64,000 nt of DNA from Vicugna vicugna (Eukaryota). Below the pieces are notes generated by a model. It was given only the letters and a program-made list of their open reading frames with translations, had not been told where the DNA came from and searched no databases. The DNA lies in NCBI GenBank assembly GCA_013265495.1, contig MU058636.1, positions 3,769,967-3,833,966 on the forward strand, written 5' to 3'. Made by a program: the position numbers and the translations under genes. Shown in pieces: positions 45,239-57,755 of this stretch. Numbering within the stretch: the first letter of the stretch is position 1; each line of letters opens with the position of its first letter.

Positions 45239-45601
45239 GTAAGTGGGTTTTATAAATGTTGGAGCATTGCGGCCACAGTTAAGACGTTAACCCTGGGGGC
45301 CAGCTAGGCCTGGTGAGCTATCTGCATGATCACGCTCAGCTCTGAACTGTGATTTTTGCCGAGACCCAGACTGAACAGCTTCTATGGGAAAATACTTTTA
45401 AATTACTCAGTACATTAGACCAGCAAGATATTTAGAGACTTTTCTGTAAAAAGAGGAAAAAGCTTTTATTAGATCACTGGTTGTTTCCGAAGAATTTGGG
45501 AACTTCTCCCATCCCTACACTGCTGGAATTAAGTATTTTAAATATTCTCTCTGCCATCTTGGTTAGCCATTTTTTTAGCCCAGAATATGAATCTTATGGA
45601 A

Positions 45602-45892
45602 TATCTTAGTCCATTCAGGCTGCCGTACAAAAACCCATAAAATAAGTGGCTAGATAGCAAGCACTTGTTTCTCACAGTTCCAGAGCCTAGAACTGAGGTC
45701 AGGGTGCAGACTTCTTGTTGGATGCTCCCAGGACAGAAGGATCTCTTTCATAAGATCACTGATCCTGTTCTTGAGGGCTCCATGCTCGTGCCCTAAGCAC
45801 CTCCCAAATGTCTCACTTCCTAATACCATCACATTGGGCATTAGGGTTTCAACATATGCATTTGGGGGTACACCAACATCCAAACCATAGCA
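45602..45892 (-). mobile_element. MLT1A-type LTR
   Basis: tatcttagtccattcaggctgc...taataccatcacattggg...caaaccatagca. Confidence 0.85.
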
Positions 45893-48215
45893 ATGAATGA
45901 GGCTGTATTCGTAAGATAAAGAACACATTAGAACAGGAGAGGCTGTTTAAGCTCCACTTGCTAAAGTGTCATTATATCTTAAATTACAAAAAAACACTCA
46001 CGGGAAATCTCGACAATCTTGTCCCTCGAGTTTGAACAAAAGCCCACCACTGTCAAACTGCAGGCTGCTGAGGTCCCAGCTGCCCCCTCTCAGTTACAAA
46101 GCCCTCGGGTTCGATGGTTGCCATGGAAGTTTAGGTGTTTAGAGTCTCATCCACTATGCAGATGTGACCATTAAATAGCACTTCTTTTTTAAAAATATCT
46201 GCTCCATATGCATAATATTAAACGAACAAACAAAACTTCTATTGGGCAGAGAGAGGAGTGATTTCAATGGATAAATTATTAGGTGTTTTAACAATATCCC
46301 AGATCTTTTTAACCAAGCAGTCTAATTACCTACATTTTTAGCCTAGTCAGTCGTCTACTCATTCTCTTATCCTCTCATTCATTCACTCACTCACTCATCC
46401 ATTCATTCAATAAATATTTACTTGTGGCCCAAAAAGTCAATCACGATGTGATCTCTGCCCTCGGGGAGGTCAGGGCTGGCTTAGCTTTCAGCCCAGGTGC
46501 TATGGGAGCATCTAAACCAGACCAGGGAGCCAGGAAGTTCTCCTGGAAGAGATGAACCTTGGGCTGAGTTGTCAGGAGCACAATGTGTAGGCTGAGTATT
46601 TCAGACATGGGTGGCATTGAGGAATGGGGGTCTCACCACAAGCCCTGTGGTTTCCTTGGGGAGCAGAGAAGGTGATGCTCTATTTTCCTATTTCCATGGC
46701 TTCCATGTGCTGTTGTTCCCTTGCCTAGAATGTTCTCTTTCCATTTTTCACCTGAGCAATAATTCTCTCTGGATTCTGATTTTTCTTCATATTTCGAGAA
46801 TTTAGAGCCATGCCTGGCACATACAGGTACCCAATAAATGTTATTGGGAGAACGAATGACTTTAAGGCAGTGCAGTCATCATAGACTCAAAGGAATCTAT
46901 TCTAACTTCCCTAGAAATAAGTAGATGCTCCTCTTTTTAAGCTGGTGGTGGTCTGCAGTTACCTGTAGCACAGAACTGATCTTTGGCATTGCATTGCTGG
47001 CTTGCTGCGACCCCAGAGACAGTGACTACTGCGAGGGCAAGTAACGCGTCTTTCGGGGCTGAAGCCTTGGCATCTGGCACAGGGCTTGGCGAACCGTTGA
47101 TGCTCACTCTGTTTTTCTTCAGTACGTGAGTCAATGTGAGGAGGAAGTAGTCCAGTGTCCTTCAGCATCTCACGTAATCATACTGAGAAGGTAGTTCCCC
47201 ACCGGGGCAGAGGCTGTTCATGCAGACACAGGCTCCCCACAGCTCTGGGCTGATGGAGGAAGCTGGGTCTCTCTGGGCAAAGCCACAGTGCTGCAAGGCC
47301 AGAGCAAGGCCGTGTGGTGGCCTGTGCACCGCCCGAGGGCCCACTCCCACAGTGGCTCACAGCGCAGCACAGCCCTTGCCTGATGCCATCTGGTCTGGAG
47401 CTCCAGGCATCCAGGCAGACCCACACCTCTCCCAGGCTCCGCCCTGTGGTGACAGGGGTGGTCCAGGTGAGCAGCCCGAGCCTCGGCAGTGGTTTCCCTC
47501 ATCCTGAGCTTTCTGTGTTTCCTGTTCCATCTCTGATCCCAGGCTCTCTGGAAGCCGTCCCTCTGGGTGTTTTGGTTTGTTGGGACTTTCATTCCAAAAA
47601 TATTTGTTACCAGTTATGTGTGTGGTATTGTCTAGTTGCCATGGTGATGTCTGTGCTGGCAGCCATACCCAGGAATGTGCGATGTCTCCTTTGGAACGTG
47701 ACTTAGAGGAAGCTGGGGCTGAGCTTAGTCTCACAGCCAGGGCCTGTTCACAGGACCCTACCCTGGCACGGGGTATCAGCTCACCAGGGAGCAATGCCCA
47801 TGTCTTGGAGATCAGGCATCATCTTATTTCCTCCATTTTGGTGTCTTTACCGAGCAAAGGCATACACCCCTGAGACTTACAAGAGGAAAGCCAACATCTC
47901 ACGCTCCCCAAAATAGACATAAAACCTGACCATCTCTCCTGAAGCTGCAATTATGGAATCCAAGGGTTTGAAAGAATCTTAGAGGTCACTTAGTATGTAA
48001 ACTCTTCAATGCACGAATTCTCTTCTCTGCTAAGCCAGGAGCCAGCATATGCTTGGATACTTTCAGCTAAAGGAAACTCAGACCCTATAGGTTAGCTATT
48101 TCAAGGCTGGAGAGATGTGACCTTAAATTTTAAAAGTGTTTTTTCCCTTTCTGAGCTGAAATTGGTCTTTCTTGGCATTCTACTCTTTAGCCCAACTTCT
48201 GATTTTATGAACCAC

Positions 48216-48772
48216 TGTATGAGTCAGCCATTGCACCAGAACAAATTATCACAAATTTAGTAGCTTAAAACTACCTGTATATTATCTCACAGTTTTTGTA
48301 AGTTAGGAATCCGGTCATGGCTTAGCTGGATTCTGTGCTTCAGGGTGTCTTGTGAGGCTGCATCAAGGTGGTAGCTATGCTTGGATCTCATCCGAAAGCT
48401 TGACTGGGGAATGATGCACTTCCAAGGACACGAGGTTGTTGCCAGATTCAGTTTCTTGCAGGTTGTTAGACTAAGGCCTCCGTTCCTCACTGGCTGTTGG
48501 CCAGAGGCTGCCCTCAGTTCCCTTCCACGTGGGTAGCTCACACCATAATAGCTGGCTTCCTCAAAGCCAGCAAGGGAGAGAGCACCCACCAGGAAGACAG
48601 AAGTTACGATCTCATGTAATCTAATCACAGAAGTAACATCACTTCAGTGTTGAGGCACTGAGGCCCACTGGTCCCAGGCAAGTTACTCAAGGGGATGGTA
48701 TTTCATCAGCCATGAACACCAAGAGGCAGGGACAATGGGGATCCATCTTCTAGCTTGCCTGCTATGGCCACA
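48216..48772 (-). mobile_element. MLT1 (E/F-type) LTR
   Basis: aaatttagtagcttaaaac...atctcacagtttttgt...ggcttagctggattc...ccagaggctgccctcagttcc. Confidence 0.8.
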
Positions 48773-49300
48773 CAGAGGAAATCTGCTCTCTTTCCCACAC
48801 AATGATCCTTGTAACACTTGAACATAATTTTCGTGACTTGCACATCTTTTTGTCTTGGCTATGCCCAAGTGAGTAACTCCCTCACGATCCGAGCCATTGT
48901 CCTCAGAACCTGCTTTGCTGTTTATCTCCAACTGGGGCCCCTAAAGACAGGTCAGTTCTCTGGCTGGAACTGACCAGGGTGGAGTGGGACCTCCTGGGAG
49001 CGCAAGCTTGGGAGACACACAGCTCCTCTTACTAATTAGGGCCTGATTTCAAAAATAGAACTTCTAGGAGCCCAGTCTCTCACTGGGGAAGAGTTTTCGT
49101 GTCAGTGCACTGAGTTCAGATTAATAGTCCTATTAGTGTTCTGAAGCAAACATTCCAGAGAGCTTTAAGCATTATGCATTTTTGAATATGAAATTCATCA
49201 ACTGGAAAAGCAAAGCTGTCCCCTTCCTCCTGTATCCCTTTGCCCGCCAATCCAGTGAATAATTTACTCTATAAAACAGATTAATGTTTTCCCTCTCCAG

Positions 49301-49366
49301 AATATTGAACAAATAGAACAACTTTTCATGAAAATAGACTATGAAGCAGTGGTCAGAAGTCAGTGG
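49301..49366 (+). pseudogene. WDR95: WDR95-like exon (NIEQIEQLFMKIDYEAVVRSQW)
   Basis: Acceptor ttttccctctccag; donor TGG|GTAAGT; LFMKID...W is EF-hand-like as in WDR49/WDR64-type proteins. Confidence 0.88.
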
Positions 49367-50214
49367 GTAAGTTGGGTGGTGTTAGGTAACTCAGACTTGA
49401 AGTTCGTAAGGGAAACGTATGAAATGTTTGCTTCTGAGCCTTTCTGTTGTTCCCTGTGCCCCTCAGTGCCTTTGCCAAGTGGAAGTTGAACCAAGGGGAC
49501 ATGCATGTTTACAATTTAAAAGTTCCTGTAATGTCAGGTTATACTTGGAAGAGTTTAACTAGGAATTTCAGTAGCTAAGGCAAGTTGCAAGAAGGCTTTC
49601 CTAGCCAGGGAATGAAGATACACCTGCCACTTTGCCCAAAAGCAAACGTGAAACAGCAGTGAGCAAGAAATCCTGGGTGCAAGCGCCACCCGATGCTAAT
49701 GAGCTCATTGACGCATCTAACGTGTTTAGAACAGGGACAGCCACATAGTAATTTCTCAACAAATATTATTATCATCATCACTATCAATGTATCCCAATAC
49801 AGGGTGTATAATAAAGAGGAGCTGAGGCAACTGCTTTTAAAATTCTCTGCCATTGTGCGTCAGTATCCTTCTGCTGTTCTAGGATGAATTAAGCTCTAAA
49901 GTGACAAGCTGAGTGGTGGGACACCTCTATTCAGACCTCAGAGCAGCTCCCCAACCAAATCAAATGCAAGTGTTTTCCCTGTCATCTGATTTGAAAAGAA
50001 GAAGTCAGGACTCCAGGGAAGGGAAGGGGAGACGAGTGAAGTAGGGCTTTGGGGGAAGTGGAGAGAAAATGGAGGCGTTCCCAGGCCCCGTGGGCACCCC
50101 CACCCCTGCCCTCCCACCACAGGCCTGCTTTCCCTGCGTACACTGCTGAGATTCGAAATGAGGCATCCATCCTGGTGGGTAGGACCAACAGACCAACGGG
50201 GGCTCAAGTCTCAG

Positions 50215-50335
50215 GCCAGCCACTTGCCAGTTGTTTAAGACTATGTAACCTTTCTAGACTTGAGTTTCCCAATTTGTAAAATGAAGAGAACAATTACCTA
50301 TCTCATCCAGTTATCTCCAGGATGGAGGTGAAGGT
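50215..50335 (+). mobile_element. MIR SINE fragment
   Basis: cttgagtttcccaatttgtaaaatg. Confidence 0.65.
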
Positions 50336-50618
50336 CCACGTGGCCTGGAACAGGGTCTATGCTCAACCACCAGCACCATTGTCACCCTTAGAGGAAGGGA
50401 TTGGGCCTGGAAGGGAGCCCAGACACTGGGTAGCGGCCCATCAGGCACAACTCAGTTATCAGCCCCGAGTTCTTGGCAGCCAAGTCCATACCAGTGAACT
50501 AGGTCGTACTGATAATTATGTCATGTCCAAGAAAGGATAGTCATGCCTGGATGATAAAGAGAATTTCTGAAAGCCAGAAAGACAGGAGAGGTTTAATGAA
50601 TTTTCTTTGATTCTCCAG

Positions 50619-50849
50619 GACGGCTTCTGCACATATCTGCAGCTCGTGTATTCTGAGCAAGCTGATGCTTTGGCTCGACAGAAAGAGGTTTCCTTCCAGC
50701 TGCCTGCTGTGCTGCAGGGGCTGTCATACGGGGGTCCCGTGCTGGGCATTCTCTCCGCGACTGATGACACCTTAATCATGATCAGAGAAGATGGAGCCAT
50801 TTATTTCTGGTCCCCGCAGCTGAAGTTGAAAAGAAGAAAGTGGGTTTTT
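50619..50849 (+). pseudogene. WDR95: WDR95-like exon (DGFCTYLQLVYSEQ...REDGAIYFWSPQLKLKRRKWVF)
   Basis: 231-nt open exon inside ORF 50607..50894; acceptor ttctccag; donor TTT|GTATGT. Confidence 0.9.
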
Positions 50850-51533
50850 GTATGTGATTCTCATTTGCTAAGGATGCTGAGTGCTCCAGTTTGATTCTAT
50901 TTGCTATTTTAAACTGCTCCTCAAGTGGCATGATTACAGAAATTGTGTCCTTGAATATAATATATTCATGTTGGATTTTGCCAGTCTACGGAATGCAAAT
51001 AAAATATGATCTCTATATGTAGCACAAGATAATTCTTCCTCGTGCTTCTAAAATCAGATGGAGTGATGAATTACACGTGACTCCATCATGTAATTTACCA
51101 TATATCTTAATGAATGACAAATGGAAAAGAATTTTCCATTTTTCTCCCTGTTAATGGTTATTTCAGTTTAGGTAGCTATGCTAGGATTTCTCTTCAGAGA
51201 CCTTAATGAATCACAGAATCAGAACCTCAGAAGGCAAGAAGCATTTGGGAAGTACACTTAGGACAGGAATAACAATACCTGACCCATTCCAGAATATAAT
51301 CTGTCTTTTAAGTCACTGTTTCATTATCTCATTCAACGAATCGTTGAGCCCTTGTCGCTGCTCAGGCTCTGTGCAGGGTGCTGAGAATACAGACACCCAT
51401 TCCTGCCCTCAGGAAACTTACCATCCACCCTGGAAGATACAGCTAAACTATACCCCTCAGGCTGCCAAATAAGCCCTCCCTAGAGAGAGGGGCTAAAGTT
51501 GGCTCTTCATACTGATGTAGCAAGTTCTCTGTA

Positions 51534-51994
51534 CAGGCAGACCTTGTTTTATCGCGCTTCTCTGATACTGCATTGTTCGCAGACTGAAGGTTGTGGCAGC
51601 GCTGCATCCAGCAGGGCTATCAGTGCCATTTTCCCAACAGCAGTTGCTCACTTTGTTTCTCTGTGTCACATTTTGATAATTCTTGCAATATTTCACAATT
51701 TTTCACTCTCATTATATCTGTTATGGTGACCTGTGATCAGTGATCTTTGATGCTACTATTGCAAAAAGATAACTACTCGTGGAAGGCTCAGATGACAGTT
51801 AGCATCTTTTAACAATAAAGTATTTTTAAATTAAGATATGTACATTGATTTTTAAGACATAATGCACACTTAATAGACTACAACACAGTGTAAACTTAAC
51901 TTTTGTATGCACCGGGCAACCACAACACTCATGTGACTCACTCTATTGCGATGGTCTCTGGCACTGAACCCATAATATCTCCGAGATATTCCTG
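51534..51994 (+). mobile_element. Tigger1-derived non-autonomous Tc1/mariner-pogo element (Tigger1a_Art-like)
   Basis: Ends CAGGCAGACCT... and ...CGAGATATTCCTG resemble Tigger1 TIRs; flanked by TA on both sides; internal sequence typical of Tigger1 ends. Confidence 0.85.
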
Positions 51995-52135
51995 TACTTG
52001 AGGGCAAAAGTCAATTAAAGAAAATTCTATAATGTTAAGCATGCATATTATGGACCAGAATAGCTTGAGACAACTGAAACTGTCTTATCATTAAAAGGGC
52101 ATATTTTTGTTCTTTTTCACCATTCAACCCTGTAG

Positions 52136-52218
52136 GACAAGTCCATCATTTGGAAGCTCAGGTGGGTGATGGATGTCACCAGCATGCCATAGTACAGCAA
52201 ACTGATCCTGGGGACTGG
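52136..52218 (+). pseudogene. WDR95: WDR95-like exon with premature stop (DKSIIWKLRWVMDVTSMP*YSKLILGTG)
   Basis: Acceptor ccctgtag; TAG at 52190-52192 in the frame fixed by both flanking exons; donor TGG|GTGACT, phase 2. Confidence 0.85.
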
Positions 52219-53679
52219 GTGACTGCCTGCAGCTCTTCTACCTGGAAGTGAGTAATTGTTGGGCTATGAAATTCATTGCCATGTGTAAGATTACACCGAT
52301 ACATGCATGTCTGTGGTAACAGGATAAAGTATGAAGCCCGTTAAAAAAAATGCTAGAACTCATGTATCATCAAAGCTGTCATGCAAAGCCATCACTTTGT
52401 TTAGCCTGTTGCAATGATACTGTCATTACCCCAGACAGAAGGGGCCCTCTTTTGGAATACTTCCAGAGTGAGAAAAAAATGTCTTGTTACCTTTTAGTGC
52501 CTTTTATTTTAGATTCAAATAATATTCCTATTTTATTATCCACGAAAATTCACTCCAAAGTGCTCCGGCCTGATTCAAAAAATTAAAATCCACAGTAAAA
52601 AACAAAAAACAAAACAAAACAAAACAAAAAACTATACTCACTGTTGAAGAGCCTCAGAAGAATGGGTCCAGGCTGGGAAGGTAGACCCTGAAGGTTTCGA
52701 TGGCAGCGTGATGAAAATGAATGCGCTGCGTCCAGGGCGCTGCTTGCAACCTCAGTAATGGGCCAAGGGAAGGGAGTGCGGCTTGGTAGGAAGGAATTTT
52801 GAAAGATTTCAAATCAACGGTGAAGCAAAGCAAGTTCAACACTGGGGGAAGATGGTGTCCAGGCTGAGGAATCAGGCTATTTAGCTCCGAGCTGGGGGCG
52901 TGGCTGAATGAGGGGCGGGGCTTGACGGTGGTTCTTTGCCTACTGACTCCTCCCCTCTCCTCCAACCCCTCCCAAGCCCAGACTGGTCTCATTTAGCAGG
53001 ACCTGGTTCCCTGGGCTTCAACCACCTTAGGGAACAAACGGTTAATACAACCTCAGATCATCCAGGCTATTAAACACAATCAAATTTAATGTTAAGTTTA
53101 ATTATTAGAATATATTTATTAATATATTAAAATATATTAGTAATAATTAATGTTAACCATTAAAAAGCAAGAAATTTGGATTTATAAATTCAGCCCAGCT
53201 TGGTTTTAAAAAGCATGCTCAGTAACTTTATTATCACGTCTTTTACCCACATAGAAGTTCAGAGATTAAAACAGTAACTTCCTAGAGACTGTATGAGCTG
53301 GCAAATCAGAAGATGAGGCAAAGCATATGACCCTGGCAGCGGGGAACCACTCTTGAGCTGCATGGCAGGTAGAAATGAAATGGAAAAAAGATGTTTAACA
53401 CTGAGGGCAAGGCAAAGCTTTGGAATTTAGGGAGTGACCCCTGTGTGCTCCATGCGAACAGGCTGAAGCAGTAAGTTGTTTTTCTTACAGCCACAGACTT
53501 GTCCTTCTCTCGGTCAGCTACAGGGTCGACAAGCTAGCATAGGAGGGAAGGGTCACAGGAACAGGTTATGAGGCGGAGTGAGAGGGAAACTGACTTAACC
53601 CCTTAGGTACAGAAAGAGGCCTCAACCCTCCACTTTGCAGATCTAATCGTCTTTATTATCAGCAGCAAAACTCAGCTCA

Positions 53680-53870
53680 CATTTTTGAGCACGTCAGAAG
53701 TCCCAGGTGCTGGACTGACCGCTTTCCCGCATGTCTGCTCATTTAATCCCTGTAACTTCCCGACAGGACAGGAACTGGCATGAGTCCCGTTTTACAGATG
53801 AGGGAGCTGCGTGGTACACTGGGATGCAATGCCCGAACTATTGGCATCCAGGGCCCATGTTGTTGAAAAC
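53680..53870 (-). mobile_element. MIR SINE
   Basis: ctcatttaatccc...cccgttttacagatgagg. Confidence 0.7.
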
Positions 53871-54103
53871 TGCCAGGGAAGAACGGGCCCCGTGGCCAGT
53901 TTAGAACCAGGCAGAAGTGATGTCCCCAAACGGTCGAACTGAGGAGGGAGCCCTCAAGCTCAGTGAAAGGCAGTGCTCAGGAAGGCAGGCGTTTCATTCG
54001 TCAGGTGTGTCTGTTTTGCTGAGTCCACGCAATATAAAAAATGCTTTACAAAAGCGACATGGGAACTTTAAGTCTACTCCAAGTACCCTTGATCTTTGTA
54101 CAG

Positions 54104-54196
54104 ACACCGTGAGCTCCAGCTGTATGAACTCTCTAACTTGGAGCCCTACTGTCAGATTGGTGGCCTGGAAGCTGTCCCTCTGAAACTGGCCTACCA
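54104..54196 (+). pseudogene. WDR95: WDR95-like exon (HRELQLYELSNLEPYCQIGGLEAVPLKLAY)
   Basis: Acceptor ctttgtacag; donor CCA|GTAAGA; phase 2-2; completes a WD40-type GTG-x-RE-xQLYEL strand. Confidence 0.88.
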
Positions 54197-56839
54197 GTAA
54201 GAAAGAGGCATCTCCAGGGCCAGCCAGGTCTCCTGTGGGCTCCTCTCACCTGAGCACCAAATCTTTCCTCCTCTTTCCTTGGGCAGTGATGTTCACTTGT
54301 GCTCAGTCAGTAAGTGCTGGGACTTCCAATGATGCCTGTCATGACCATGTCATGTCACAGTAGTGCCCAGAAAGGAAGGACCTTCCTGTATCTATGTGGT
54401 AATGGAAGGTCCAAAGAGGTGAAATGTTTTCTGGTCATGAATTATTATTAATTATGAACTCATCTGTATTTTAAATGTGGCTGGGTTAATTTTCCTGAAA
54501 CTTGACTCAGACCATGTTACTCTGCTTTTTAATGGTTGCCAGTTCTCTCTCCAAGAATATCCACACCTTTCAATGGCATCCAAGCCCCCTCTGCCATTCC
54601 AGCCTTCCTCCACACTGAGCCTCAACCTAGAGAGTCTTCAGCTTGGACCAAGCTAGTCACTGTCACACTGCTCCAGATGCTGCTCCGTTCCCCATCCATC
54701 CTTGTTGAGCACCTACTATGCAACTGACCTTGGGGGATATGGGGACACACATGAATAAGACATGGTTCCCAGTGGCTTTCACAGTCTCACAGAGCACGTG
54801 GTTCCTGCAGAAATCCTACCGTTCTTTATGGCCCAAATGTTATCTTTGTATATTCCCCTGAATCTGCTGCATACCCAGAAGCCAGTGTCCCCCTGGGAGC
54901 TTCCCCAGCCTGTGGCTGTGGCAGCCCCGTGGACATCACTGGCAGAAGGTCCCGAGGAATGTGCAGGCGGCACCGACGCCTCAGTCTGCCGTGTGCTCTC
55001 TGGTACCTACACACCAACTGGCACATAGTAGGCTCTCAAGAAACATTTGTTGAATGACCAAGTCAGAGATCTCTTACTGATTTCTAAAGAAGGATCTAAT
55101 TTTAATTTATCTTTTCATTCCTCCTCTTCCTTTTCCTCGCAGCTCAACAATTTCAGTAAAATATATCTTTCAATTTTCTTCTACTAATTATTTTGTATAT
55201 TGAGAAATATACAGAAGAGCTGATGAATTTGGAAGGAAGTGACTGAAAAGCAAATTTGTAACCAAGGGTGTTCCCATGGAACAAAGCCAGGCAGAGCCCT
55301 CCCCCAGCGCCCCTCGTGTGCATGCGCAGCCCCACCCAAGACCCCATCCCTCCCAGAGGGCCGCCCACTGGACTCCCCAGGAGGGACCCCAGGGGCAGGA
55401 GGGGGCTGGAGCCTTGGCCCGCGCTAAGGGGCCCAGGTGCCCAGCCTGGCTCGGTGAGGGCAGCGCATTATTGAGTTGTGGCAGATTGATTGCCTTTTAG
55501 TCAAGACATCTCCCAGAGTTTCCTGAAAATGATACATTGTGTTATCACTGCTTTCAAGAAAGGACACTTTGATGAGAAAAGAAAAAAGACACCTCTGAGA
55601 GAACTTGTGCTGGCCCAGCAGAGCGAGTGCTGCTCAGCCTGGCTGTGTTTGCCTCCTGCCTCCACCAGCACTGGCCAGACCCAGCACCTGTGGCAGGGCA
55701 GCTCGGGGTCTCCGGGGAGGCAAGGACTTTGTGGTGGACTCACATCTCAGCCCCTTTACTCATCTCTGGGGAACTGAGCAAGTCCTGTCTTCACGCTCAA
55801 CCGCAGGGGCCATCTGCAGAATGGAGATGAGAAGGCTGGCCTCACTGGGCTGAGGTGAGGAGGAGACGCGTGCCCTAGATCCAGGCCCTCACGCAGCCCT
55901 GAGCGGACGGGAGCTCTGCGCACCGTCTGCCCTTCCTCTTCCAATTCCAGCAGGCCAGGGGCAGCATGAACAGCGCATGATGGCCCACGGGCCTTCTGTC
56001 CCCTCACCTCTTCACACCCTCTCCCACTCCACTAGCTCCCTGACTTTGGAGCACCAGTCCCCCTGGCCTCATTCAGTTCCTCAGATGCCCTCAGCAGCTT
56101 CCCATTTCAGGGCCTTTGCACATACTGTGCATGGGTATGTTTTGGAGGGTTGGGGAAGATGTCTCTGCATCACCCTAAAATCTCAATTAAGGATTGCTGA
56201 CTTGGTTTCTTTCTGGTTTCTAGCTAAGCAGCCAGAATGTAAACTTTGCATTTTATCTCCATTTCATCTCACCACCCCTGCTCACCCCCAGACCTAATCA
56301 CTTAGAGCAATATTAGAACCAACATGGTATTTATCATAATATCCTGGGAGAGCGGGGTTCTGGTAGTTACAATGATAGCTAGTTACAGGGACTGAAGGCT
56401 CCGGGGAGCATTAATCACGGTGTCTGAGTGCATTTGTGGGAGCACATTGTAAACTAATTGCCATGTACAGAGCTCACTCTGTGATTACCTTTAATATACA
56501 ATTTCACATAGAACTTTTGTGTTGCTTTCTCACCACTGTAGACACACTCTAAGGTATGTCTCAGCCTTAAATTTTTAGCTGTAAAAACAAAACAGGAAGA
56601 TAAGAGAAATGTTTGTGATGAGTGATAAATCCATCTGCCTAATAGCCCTTAGATCATAGAAGACACTCAATAGCTATTTTTGACTAAACAGGTGAAAACA
56701 TAAAAAATAAGTATTTTTTTAATCCCTGCTTGATCTACTGCTAATTTGTCTGCTAACCTAGGGCAAGACATTGCCCTCTTTGAACATAAAATAAACTAAC
56801 AACAGAAGAAGGGGGGTAAAAACACTTTACTAACTAAAG

Positions 56840-56995
56840 GATATGATATTGCTACCCCAGAGGATTTCTTGGAAGAAACCTTTAGTATGTTGAGGTTCTT
56901 TCCTTCAATTCTTAGTTTGCTGAGAGATTTTTTTTTTATCATGAAAGGATATTGAATTTTGTCAAACACTTCTGCATCTGTTGAGACAATCATGC
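56840..56995 (-). mobile_element. L1 ORF2 fragment
   Basis: Minus ORF IVSTDAEVFDKIQYPFMIK resembles the L1 RT motif ISIDAEKAFDKIQHPFMIK. Confidence 0.8.
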
Positions 56996-57063
56996 TTTTT
57001 CGTAGTGCCTAGATTCATCTTTGACTGGATATCCTACAGGCCTTTCAAAACTGAAGTGTCATC

Positions 57064-57755
57064 TGTGGAAAACAGTATGGAGATTCCTTTAAAAAAAACT
57101 AAAGATAGACTTACCATATGATCCAGCATCCCACTCCTGGGCATATATCTGGAGGAAACTCTAATATGAAAAGATACATGCACCCCAATGTTCATAGCAG
57201 CACTATTTACAATAGCCAGGACATAGAAAGAACTTAAATGTCCACTGACAGATGACTGCATAAAGAAGATATACACACACACATATATATATGTATGAAC
57301 AGACTACTACTCAACCATAGAAAAGAATGAAATAAAGCCAATATGGATGGACCTAGGGATTGTCATACTAAGTGAAGTAAGCCAGAAAGAGAAGGAAAAA
57401 TACCATATATCACTTATATGTGGAATCTAAAAAAAAAAATGACATAAATGAACTTATTTACAAATCAGACACAGATTCACGACATAGAAAACAAACTTAT
57501 GGTTACCGGGGAGAAAGGGGCTGGGGAGGGATGAATTGGGAGTTTGGGTTTGCAAGTACTAACTAATATATATAAAATAGATAAACAACAAGGTCCGGCT
57601 ATGCAGCACAGGGAACTATACTCAATATCTTGTAATCACGTATATGAAAAGGAGCATATACGTATAACTGAATCACTATGCTGTACGCCAGGAACTAACA
57701 CGACATTGTAAATCTGCTATACTTTAAATTTAATCTAAAAACAAAAAAAAAGAAA
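57064..57755 (+). mobile_element. 5'-truncated L1, same subfamily type as 23216-23935
   Basis: tgtggaaaacagtatggagattcc...agccagaaagagaag...A-rich tail; AAGTGTCA on both flanks. Confidence 0.92.

Larger units (their letters stand above)
36364..54196 (+). pseudogene. WDR95: 5' part of a WDR95-like gene (EF-hand-like N-terminus plus WD40; WDR49/WDR64/WDY-like family) with an in-frame TAG; probably continues beyond the window
   Basis: Six phase-compatible GT-AG exons from 44782 to 54196 read IEHQVTLEELQCL...QLFMKIDY...WDGFCTYLQL...REDGAIYFWSPQLKLKR...WVMDVTSMP*YSKLILGTGHRELQLYELSNLEPYCQI. The position directly downstream of TEX26 matches human WDR95P. Exons upstream of 44782 are less certain. 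Confidence 0.8.

Noticed and set aside
52190..52195. Programmed stop-codon read-through or selenocysteine at the WDR95 stop
   Set aside because: The codon is TAG followed by TAC, not the leaky TGA-CTAG context, and Sec requires TGA.
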